Below, piece by piece: positions 47,263 through 55,734 of a stretch of DNA of 64,000 bases. The notes under the pieces were generated by a model. It had not been told where the DNA came from and did not search any database. It saw only the letters and a list, made by a program, of their open reading frames with translations. Every line of letters starts with the position of its first letter. Position 1 is the first letter of the stretch. The translations under genes and the position numbers were made by a program. Origin of the DNA: Rebecca billardiae RCC1528 (Eukaryota; Protista; Haptophyta). The stretch is from positions 620,001 to 684,000 of the forward strand of contig OZ251228.1 in the NCBI GenBank assembly GCA_965240325.2. Reading direction: 5' to 3'.

Positions 47263-50200
47263 CTAGCTGTGCGCCGGCGCACGGCGCAGCATGCGCGCCA
47301 GGTCGGCGTGGCCGTTGGCGTCGGCAACGTCAGCGGCCGTCCGACCCTCCACGTCGGCCGCGGCCGCGTCCGCTCCGCGCTCGAGCAGCAGCGCGGCGAT
47401 GGCGGCGTCGTTGCGCATGGCGGCGACGTGGAGCGCAGTGCCGCCTCGCCCGGCGTCGGCGTCCTGCCCGGCACGCGCGTCCGCGGGCACGCCGGCGCGC
47501 AGCAGCGCGTTGCACGCGGCCGCAAGGCCACGCGCCGCCGCGAGCGGCAGCAGCGACGGCTCGGCGCACGCGGCGTGTGGCGCGGCGTCGGCGATGGCTG
47601 CAGCAGCTTCGGCGTGCCCGTGCGCGATGGCGAGGCGCAGCGCGCTGTCGGGCGCTCCAGCGATCTCCACTGCTGGTGCGCCCTGCCCTCCGGCAGCAGC
47701 CGTGCCGCTGCCATCCCGGTGCACCTCGCCCGCACCAGCGCTCGCGCGTGCGGCGGCGGCGCTCTCGGGCAGCGGCTGCGCGCCAGCCAGCAGCAGCAGG
47801 CGGCAGACGGCTGCATGGCCGCGCCGCGCGGTGTGCCCGCCCCTGCAGGCTGCCATCAGCGCGGTGGTGCCGTCCCGCTTGGCGCCCGTCAAGTCCGCGC
47901 CCGCCTTGAGCAGCGCGGACACGCATGCGGTGTGCCCGCCCCCGCAGGCGAGCATCAGCGCGGTGGTGCCGTCCCACTTGGCGTGTGCCACGTCTGCGCC
48001 CGCCTTGAGCAGCGCGGACACGCATGCGGTGTGCCCGCCCCCGCAGGCGAGCATCAGCGCGGTGGTGCCGTCCCGCTTGGCGAGTGCCACGTCTGCGCCC
48101 GCCTCGAGCAGCGCAGACACGCATGCGGTGTGCCCGCCCCCGCAGGCGAGCATCAGCGCGGTGGTGCCATCCCGCTTGGCGCCCGCCACGTCTGCGCCCG
48201 CCTTGAGCAGCGCGGACACGCATGCTTTGTGCCCGCCCCCGCAGGCGAGCATCAGCGCGGTGGTGCCGTCCCACTTGGCGCCCGTCAAGTCCGCGCCCGC
48301 CTTGCGCAGCGCGGACACGCATGCTTTGTGCCCGCCCCCGCAGGCGAGCATCAGCGCGGTGGTGCCGTCCCGCTTGGCGTGTGCCACGTCTGCGCCCGCC
48401 TTGAGCAGCGCGGACACGCATGCGGTGTGCCCGCCCCCGCAGGCGAGCATCAGCGCGGTGGTGCCGTCCCGCTTGGCGCCCGCCACGTCTGCGCCCGCCT
48501 CGAGCAGCGCAGACATGCATGCGGTGTGCCCGCCCCCGCAGGCGAGCATCAGCGCGGTGGTGCCGTCCCGCTTGGCGCCCGCCACGTCTGCGCCCGCCTC
48601 GAGCAGCGCAGACATGCATGCGGTGTGCCCGCCCCCGCAGGCGAGCATCAGCGCGGTGGTGCCGTCCCGCTTGGCGTGTGCCACGTCTGCGCCCGCCTCG
48701 AGCAGCGCAGACATGCATGCGGTGTGCCCGCCCCCGCAGGCGAGCATCAGCGCGGTGGTGCCGTCCCGCTTGGCGCCCGCCACGTCTGCGCCCGCCTCGA
48801 GCAGCGCAGACACGCATGCGGTGTGCCCGCCCCCGCAGGCGAGCATCAGCGCGGTGGTGCCGTCCCGCTTGGCGCCCGCCACGTCTGCGCCCGCCTCGAG
48901 CAGCGCAGACATGCATGCTTTGTGCCCGCCCCCGCAGGCGAGCATCAGCGCGGTGGTGCCGTCCCGCTTGGCGCCCGCCACGTCTGCGCCCGCCTCGAGC
49001 AGCGCAGACATGCATGCGGCGTGCCCGCCCCCGCAGGCGAGCATCAGCGCGGTGGTGCCGTCCCGCTTGGCGCCCGCCACGTCCGCGCCCGAGTCGAGCA
49101 GCGCGGACACGCATGTGGCGTGCCCGTGTTGGCAGGCGCGCATCAGCGCGGTGAAGCCGTCCTGATCGGCCAGCGCGACGTCCGCGCCCGCCTCGAGCAG
49201 CGCGGGCACGCATGCTGTGCGCCCGCCACTGCAGGCGAGCATCAGTGCAGTGGAGCCGTCCTGCCTGGCGTACACCGCGTTAGCGCCCGCCTCGAGCAGC
49301 GCGGACACGCATGCTGCGTGCCCGTACATGCAGGCGAGCATCAGCGCAGTGGTGCCATTCTGCTTGGCGTGCGCCACGTCTGCGCCCGCCTCGGACAGCG
49401 CGGACACGCATGCTGCGTGGCCGTACATGCAGGCGAGCATCAGCACGCTGAAGCCGTCCTGCCTGGCGTGCGCCACGTCCGCGCCAGCCTCTAGCAGCGC
49501 GGACACGCATGCGGCGTGCCCGCTCTGGCAGGCGAGCATCAGCGCGGTGAAGCCGTCCTCATCGGCGTGCGCCACGTCCGCGCCAGCCTCAAGCAGCGCG
49601 GACACGCATGCGGCGTGCCCGCTCTGGCAGGCGAGCATCAGCGCGGTGAAGCCGTCCTCATCGGCGTGCGCCACGTCCGCGCCCGCCTCGAGCAGCGTGG
49701 GCACCAGTGCGGTGTGCCCGTAGATGCAGGCCAGCATCAGCGCAGTGCGGCCCTTCTGATCGACGGGCGCCACGTCTGCGCCCTTCTCGAGCAGCGCGGA
49801 CACGCCTGCTGTGTCCCCGTTCAGGCAGGCGAGCATCAGCGCGGTGTGGCCGTGCTGATCGGCGTGCGCCACGTCCGCGTCAGCCTCGAACAGCGCGGAC
49901 ACACATGCGGTGTGCCCGCCGCTGCAGGCGCGCATCAGCGCGGTGGCGCCGTCCTGATCGGCGTGCGCCGCGTCCGCGCCCGCCTCGAGCAGCGCGGACA
50001 CACATGCGGTGTGCCTGCCCCCGTGGGCGAGCATCAGCGCGGTGGTGCCGTTCTGCGTGGCGTGCGCCACGTCCGCGCCCGCCTCGAGCAGCGCGGACAC
50101 GCATGCGGTGTGCCCCTTGTAGCAGGCGAGCATCAGCGCGGTGGCGCCGCGCTGATCGGCGTGCGCCACGTCCGCGCCCGCCTCGAGCAGCGCGGACACG

Positions 50201-53200
50201 CATGCAGCGTGCCCGCCCCTGCAGGCGTGCCTCAGCGCGGTGGTGCCGTCCTGCGTGGCGCCCGCCACGTCCGCGCCCGCCTCGAGCAGCGCGGACATGC
50301 ATGCGGTGTGCCCGCCCCCGCAAGCGAGCATCAGCGCGGTGGTGCCGTCCCGCTTGGCGTGTGCCACGTCTGCGCCCGCCTTGAGCAGCGCGGACACGCA
50401 TGCGGTGTGCCCGCCCCCGCAGGCGAGCATCAGCGCGGTGGTGCCGTCCCGCTTGGCGCCCGTCAAGTCCGCGCCCGCCTTGAGCAGCGCAGACACGCAT
50501 GCGGCGTGCCCGCCCCCGCAGGCGAGCATCAGCGCGGTGGTGCCGTCCCACTTGGCGTGTGCCACGTCTGCGCCCGCCTTGAGCAGCGCGGACACGCATG
50601 CGGTGTGCCCGCCCCCGCAGGCGAGCATCAGCGCGGTGTGGTCGAACCCATTGGCGTGTGACACGTCCGCGCCCGCCTCGAGCAGCGCGGACACGCATGC
50701 GGCGTGCCCCCTCTGGCAGGCGAGCGTCAGCGCGGTGTGGCCGAACCAATTGGCGTGTGACACGTCCGCGCCCGCGTCGAGCAGCGCGGACACGCATGCA
50801 GCGTGCCCGAGCAGGCTTGCACGCGTCAGCACCGGCAATCCTCCCGCGTCCTCGAACCCGACATCCGCGCCATGCCGCGCGAGCAGCGTGGCACACTCGG
50901 CGTGCCCTTGCTTGCATGCGCGCTCCAGCGCTGCAGACGCGTGCGCGCGCGCCTCCGCGCCCCCGCCTGCTCGCGCCCTCACGCCCTCGTGCGCTGCGCA
51001 GATGCCCGCCGCCTCCACCAGCCGCGAAGGAAGCTCGCTCGCGTCAGGCTCGTCTCGCAGCATGCGCAGCAGGTACTGGCACGCCTCGTACAGCTGCCCG
51101 CTCGCCTCACGCGTCTCAGCCTCGCCTGTCTCCCCCGACGCGTCCGCGCCGCTCACCAGACCGCTCCTGAGCTGCGTGATGAACGCCCGCGGCTTGGCCG
51201 CGCAGCTCTCGGGCAGCGGCAGCTCGCCAGCGCCGAGCGCGCGCTCGACCGCGTCGCGCAGCGCGCTGAGCTGCTCGTGCCCGTACCGCGCCGCCAGCTG
51301 GCGCAGCCGCCACACGCCGAGCACGAGCCGCCCGCGCGCGCGCCCCTCCTTGCGCACGTGCAGTCCTGCAAGCTCAGTCTGCGTCGCCTCGGCCGTCAGC
51401 CAGTCCGCGAGCGACTGGTGGTATATGCGCAGCGGCGCGTCGGCGCGCGGGCCGGCGGCGCCCATCGGTGGCGTGCGCGGTGGCGTCGCGCCGTCGCGCT
51501 TGCCGTCGCCCTCGCCCTCGGCCACCTCGACCACGAAGCCAGAAAGCGCGCGCAGCTGCTTGCTCAGCTCGTCCTCGCCCTCGTCGCCCGAGTAGCTCGG
51601 GTACACGCCGCGCAGCGCCTCGAGCAGCTCGGCGCGCGAGAGCGGCGCGTGCGCGACAAGCATCAGCTCGAGCACGGTGCGCACGCCCTTGCGCTCCGCC
51701 TCAGTCGGCAGCGCGCGCTTGAGCGACTCGTTGTACAGCCGCTCGAGGCCGTGCGGCAGCGTTGCGAGGTCGGCCAGCGTGATCCGCCCGCTGCCGAGCT
51801 GCTCGATGGCCTGCGTGGCGTACATGAAGTTGCCGCCGCACGCCTCGCTCAGCTCGTGCGCCGCTCGCTCGAGCTCGTCGGGCGCAGGCGCGGCCACCTC
51901 ACGCGCGCGGCGCGCGTACGCCTCGAGCCGCGCGCGCACGAACGCGGCGGCGTCGGCGCGGTCGTCGTCCGCGTCCACGTCGAGTCGCTCGCGCGGCATC
52001 TCGTTGAGCGGCGCGAGCACTGCGTGCTCGGGGCGCGAGGACGCCAAGATTCGCAGCCAGTTGGGCAGCGTCTTGTGCTGCGAGACCGTTGCGAGGATGT
52101 CGGCGATCGAGTGCGAGCTGCCCTGCACGTGCCGCGCCTCGTCGAGCGAGTCGATCGCGAGCAGCATCGTCTTGCGCGGCGCGGCGGATGGCGGGATGTT
52201 GCGCAGCGGCGCGAGCACAAGTCGCTCGAACGCGCTCGGCCCGTCCTCGCGGTCGTCGAGCGCGAGCTCGCCGCCCTTCTTGCGCAGCTTGGCCTCGCGC
52301 AGCTGCGCGCCGTATGCAGGCAGCGCGTGCCGCAGCTGCAGCGAGATGTTGCGCACAAACGACGAGGGCAGCAGCCAGTCGTGGTACGCCGCCGAGCACA
52401 CGTGCTGGCCGAGCACGCGCTCGTGCGCCGCGATCGAGCCGTCGTCGCACTGCACGAGCTGCGCGAGCAGCGCCGACTTGCCCGTGCCCGGCCCGCCCAC
52501 GACGAGCAGCACCGGCTCCGCGCGAGCATCTGCCGCCCACGCCTCGATGCGCCTGAGCGGCGCGTCGCGCCCCACAAAGTGCTTCCGCTTCGTGCTCATG
52601 AATTTGGCGAAGGCGTCATTCAGCGGCGGCGGCGGGGCCGCGTCCCCGGCAGATGAGCGCCGCTGCTGCCGCTGCGCCACATAGAAGCTGTCAAACTTCT
52701 CGTGAAGGCCGTCGACCTTGCTCGCCACGCCGCCGACCTTGCTCTCCACGCCGTCGAGCTTGCTCTCCAGCCGCGCCGTCACCTCGCCAAGCAGCAGCTC
52801 GAGACGGTTGGCGCGCACGTCCGCGCTCGCGTCGAGCTCGTCGGCAAACGTCTTGAGTGCCGACTCGAGCTCGTCGTCGCTCGCGCCGCGCTCGCGCAGC
52901 TGCTCGATGGCCGCGCGCTGCGCCTCGAGCGCCGCGCCGAGGCGCTCGAGCTGCTCGAACGTGCCCACCGCGAGCCGCTGCGCCGCGCGCTCCGCCGTCG
53001 CGTTCACGCGCGCCATCGCCGCCTCAATCGCCTCCGCGCGCTCGCGCAGCTCGCTGGCGTCGCGCTGCGTGCCTAGCAGCAGCTTGATGAAGCCGCGCTC
53101 GCAGAAGGCGGCCAGGCTCTCCGCCGCGGCTTCCACCGCGGCCGTGAGCTCGTCTGCGTCCTGCTTGAGCGGCTCCACCAGCCTCTGCTTGCTCGGCGGC

Positions 53201-53949
53201 CACTCGCCCATGTACGCGAGAACCTCCGCCATCTCCGCGACTGTCCGGAGCAGCAGGTCACCGAGCTCGCGCGCCGCCTGCCGGTTGGCGTACACGCCAT
53301 GCACGCGCTCGAGGGCGACCGAGCACGCGCCGAAGAGCAGGCTGAGCGCCTCGTCGAGTGGCCACGGCACGACCGGCATGAGCCGCAGCACGGCGTCCGC
53401 AGCTCCGCGCGCCATGTCGAGAAGCTCGGGCGCCTGCGCCTCCGCGTGCGCAACGAGATTGTCGCCCAGCTCGCGCACGCTCGCGTGCAGCCGCGGCGCG
53501 AGTTCCTCGGCCTCGCCAGACTTGGTCTGCACGCCGAGCTGCGCAGCGAGCGCGGTGTCGACGGCGTTGTTGGTCTCGACCACCACCTCGTCAACCGTCG
53601 GTGCGGCATGCTCGGCCGCGGCGGGCGCGGCGGCGGGCGCGGCGGCGGGCGCGGCAGCGGGCGAGGCGGCGGGCGAGGCGGCGGGCGGGGCGGCGGGTGG
53701 CTCGAGCGTGTCACCGCGCGATGACACAGCATCGCGCGAGCCGTCTGGCGAGCGGGCAAGCTCATCCGCCGATTCCTGCCAGGCCTGGCGTGCGGGCGGC
53801 GCCGGCCCGGCCGAACGTGCGCCGGCGAGCTGCGCTGCTGCAGCGGCACTGGTCCCGGGTGTCGTTGGTGCGGCGGGGCTCTGGACGGGCGCCACACCTG
53901 CGGCCGGCTCGGGCTCGACACGTCGCCGGGACGACGCGCCGCAACCCAT
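47263..53949 (-). CDS. NLR-like STAND protein: MGCGAS acylation motif, MLKL/HeLo-like helical bundle, coiled coil, NACHT (NPHP3/TANC-like), ~35 ankyrin repeats; intronless, 2228 aa
   Basis: ATG 53949 MGCGASS; FVGR...VLLVVGGPGTGKSALL (Walker A, 52474-52497); LLAIDSLDE (Walker B); GNFMYA; YHQSLADWL; GxTALMLACxxGHxACVSALLEAGADV repeats. Confidence 0.9.
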   Translation of the reverse strand: MGCGASSRRRVEPEPAAGVAPVQSPAAPTTPGTSAAAAAQLAGARSAGPAPPARQAWQESADELARSPDGSRDAVSSRGDTLEPPAAPPAASPAASPAAAPAAAPAAAPAAAEHAAPTVDEVVVETNNAVDTALAAQLGVQTKSGEAEELAPRLHASVRELGDNLVAHAEAQAPELLDMARGAADAVLRLMPVVPWPLDEALSLLFGACSVALERVHGVYANRQAARELGDLLLRTVAEMAEVLAYMGEWPPSKQRLVEPLKQDADELTAAVEAAAESLAAFCERGFIKLLLGTQRDASELRERAEAIEAAMARVNATAERAAQRLAVGTFEQLERLGAALEAQRAAIEQLRERGASDDELESALKTFADELDASADVRANRLELLLGEVTARLESKLDGVESKVGGVASKVDGLHEKFDSFYVAQRQQRRSSAGDAAPPPPLNDAFAKFMSTKRKHFVGRDAPLRRIEAWAADARAEPVLLVVGGPGTGKSALLAQLVQCDDGSIAAHERVLGQHVCSAAYHDWLLPSSFVRNISLQLRHALPAYGAQLREAKLRKKGGELALDDREDGPSAFERLVLAPLRNIPPSAAPRKTMLLAIDSLDEARHVQGSSHSIADILATVSQHKTLPNWLRILASSRPEHAVLAPLNEMPRERLDVDADDDRADAAAFVRARLEAYARRAREVAAPAPDELERAAHELSEACGGNFMYATQAIEQLGSGRITLADLATLPHGLERLYNESLKRALPTEAERKGVRTVLELMLVAHAPLSRAELLEALRGVYPSYSGDEGEDELSKQLRALSGFVVEVAEGEGDGKRDGATPPRTPPMGAAGPRADAPLRIYHQSLADWLTAEATQTELAGLHVRKEGRARGRLVLGVWRLRQLAARYGHEQLSALRDAVERALGAGELPLPESCAAKPRAFITQLRSGLVSGADASGETGEAETREASGQLYEACQYLLRMLRDEPDASELPSRLVEAAGICAAHEGVRARAGGGAEARAHASAALERACKQGHAECATLLARHGADVGFEDAGGLPVLTRASLLGHAACVSALLDAGADVSHANWFGHTALTLACQRGHAACVSALLEAGADVSHANGFDHTALMLACGGGHTACVSALLKAGADVAHAKWDGTTALMLACGGGHAACVSALLKAGADLTGAKRDGTTALMLACGGGHTACVSALLKAGADVAHAKRDGTTALMLACGGGHTACMSALLEAGADVAGATQDGTTALRHACRGGHAACVSALLEAGADVAHADQRGATALMLACYKGHTACVSALLEAGADVAHATQNGTTALMLAHGGRHTACVSALLEAGADAAHADQDGATALMRACSGGHTACVSALFEADADVAHADQHGHTALMLACLNGDTAGVSALLEKGADVAPVDQKGRTALMLACIYGHTALVPTLLEAGADVAHADEDGFTALMLACQSGHAACVSALLEAGADVAHADEDGFTALMLACQSGHAACVSALLEAGADVAHARQDGFSVLMLACMYGHAACVSALSEAGADVAHAKQNGTTALMLACMYGHAACVSALLEAGANAVYARQDGSTALMLACSGGRTACVPALLEAGADVALADQDGFTALMRACQHGHATCVSALLDSGADVAGAKRDGTTALMLACGGGHAACMSALLEAGADVAGAKRDGTTALMLACGGGHKACMSALLEAGADVAGAKRDGTTALMLACGGGHTACVSALLEAGADVAGAKRDGTTALMLACGGGHTACMSALLEAGADVAHAKRDGTTALMLACGGGHTACMSALLEAGADVAGAKRDGTTALMLACGGGHTACMSALLEAGADVAGAKRDGTTALMLACGGGHTACVSALLKAGADVAHAKRDGTTALMLACGGGHKACVSALRKAGADLTGAKWDGTTALMLACGGGHKACVSALLKAGADVAGAKRDGTTALMLACGGGHTACVSALLEAGADVALAKRDGTTALMLACGGGHTACVSALLKAGADVAHAKWDGTTALMLACGGGHTACVSALLKAGADLTGAKRDGTTALMAACRGGHTARRGHAAVCRLLLLAGAQPLPESAAAARASAGAGEVHRDGSGTAAAGGQGAPAVEIAGAPDSALRLAIAHGHAEAAAAIADAAPHAACAEPSLLPLAAARGLAAACNALLRAGVPADARAGQDADAGRGGTALHVAAMRNDAAIAALLLERGADAAAADVEGRTAADVADANGHADLARMLRRAPAHS
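47830..50820 (-). repeat. ~30 highly similar 99-bp ankyrin-coding repeats
   Basis: GCAGGCGAGCATCAGCGCGGTGGTGCCGTCC recurs with a 99-bp period. Confidence 0.95.
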
Positions 53950-54829
53950 GCCTCGCGGTGTTGCCCTTCTCGTGCACCCTCGTCGGCTGCGATTCGCGGG
54001 GCTGGTGATCAAGACCTCATCAAGCGTTTTCACGCGTGCACCGGACTGGAAGTGAGTAACGACTTCATCAGTCCAAGGATGGCAAGTTGTACGTAGGATT
54101 ATGAATAATGCTCGGATTCCGCTACTGCCTTTGTATCCATACGTACAGTAATCTACAATTAGTACAGCACGTTGAAACATAGTAAACAGTAACTGTACAG
54201 TACGGAGGGACGGTATCTCGATCTCGTTCGTCAACGACCTCTAACACTTCGTCCGGCCGGCTTGGCCCAAAACGACGAAGAACGACGACGACGGTGCCTC
54301 CGTTCGGCCGCCGGGGCGTATGGCACGAGACGGGCGCGCGCGGCGCTGACGTGCTCCCAAAACAGCGCCTACTGTAGGTTGTGGATTCGGCTGCCGCCGC
54401 GCCGCTGCCGAGCCCGCCGGGTGCTCTCGTCTTCTTCAGTCCGATCAGTGGCCGAATGGAAAGCCCGCGCCGCACGAGGTACGCGAGGGGCGCGAGGAAA
54501 TTTTCCTCGGATGTTAAGGTTTAGATCGGATGTCGAGCCTGTCGAGCCCTCACCGATACGTAAGGCTTTTGAAACATCCGCGAAAGCGTCCCCAGCCCCA
54601 GCAGGCAGACAGAGCGCGCGCCGTGACGAAAGTGCGCATTCCAACAGACCCAAGTAATAGTGCCAGCTAAGACCTAAGTGCATCGTTGGCTGGTCGCGCA
54701 GCCCGTTTGCGATCACAGGGTCACTGAACCGTCGCCCGAGGCCGATTCGAGAGCAGTTCTGACGAGATTTTGCTTAAGACGATGGGCCCGTTTGCATGTT
54801 GGGCGCAGGAGGACATGGCTCCCGTAACT

Positions 54830-55236
54830 TACAGTTTACTAAGAATAAGAGACGCACACAGCAGTTCTCTCGATCGACATTCAGTCAATTGACTCGTCAC
54901 TTGATGATGACATATTCAACATTAAGCCCCGCTGAAGCCCACGAGTTTTTAGACAGTCTGTTGTAGCGCCTCGATCGTACTACCGTATGCAACGAGTCGT
55001 CGCGGCCGACCCGGGCAAGGTCGTCGGCTAGCAGCAAGCCAGGGCTATCCAGTATCCGCTGCTGCACTACTGTGGCGCGCTGTATTGAATTCATGGTCAT
55101 GAGTGAGCCCTGTCTGGATAGCCATGGATTAGCTAGGGCCGCGCCCCGCTGACATTCGGACAATCGGAGTTACTGCCGTCGATACTGTAATCATACGCCT
55201 TAACCAAGTGTGCACGTTAAAACATAGTAAACTGTA
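54830..55236. mobile_element. Candidate Tc1/mariner-type MITE: TA|CAGTTTACTA ... TAGTAAACTG|TA, 403 bp internal
   Basis: 54830-54841 and 55225-55236 are exact reverse complements; TA-CAGT ends; second copy of the right end at 54167-54191 (23/25). Confidence 0.65.
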
Positions 55237-55734
55237 GCCGATAGGCGCATGAGCCAAAGCCTATATACCCGACTGATGATCGAGTCCGCGTTATTCTATA
55301 GCTAGCAGTATGCATTATAATGTTAAGCCTGACGGCCGCCGCATCTACTCAAGCTAGGTCCCGCCGTCGGGCTGGCCACTGGCCACTGCAAATTGTAGTC
55401 GGCAATTTCATTTTCAATCTAAGCGAGGCGCACGGAGCGCCGCCGCCTGCAACGGCCGCGCGCGGAGCGCCGCCGCCTGAGTCCGCGGCGGAGGCCGAGG
55501 CGGGCCATCGGCATCCGATCCGCGCGGCCGCAGTCCCGAGCCCGACCGCACCCGGCACTGCGCTGCTCGTCAGTCGCCGAGCGAGCGGATCGGGATCGAC
55601 CACTTGTCCACTACCCCCATACTGCTAGTCTGCTACCCAGCAGGTCAGACCGTCAGTCACTACCTGCCGCAGTTCGCAGCGCATGTCTTGTTTGTACTCG
55701 CTTGTCTCCCAGTCCGGGCGGCGCCCCAAGACGC

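Noticed and set aside
53950-54234. 95-aa upstream extension of the NLR ORF
   Set aside because: Non-ATG start in AT-rich, TE-like sequence; MGCGAS at 53949 is the convincing start.
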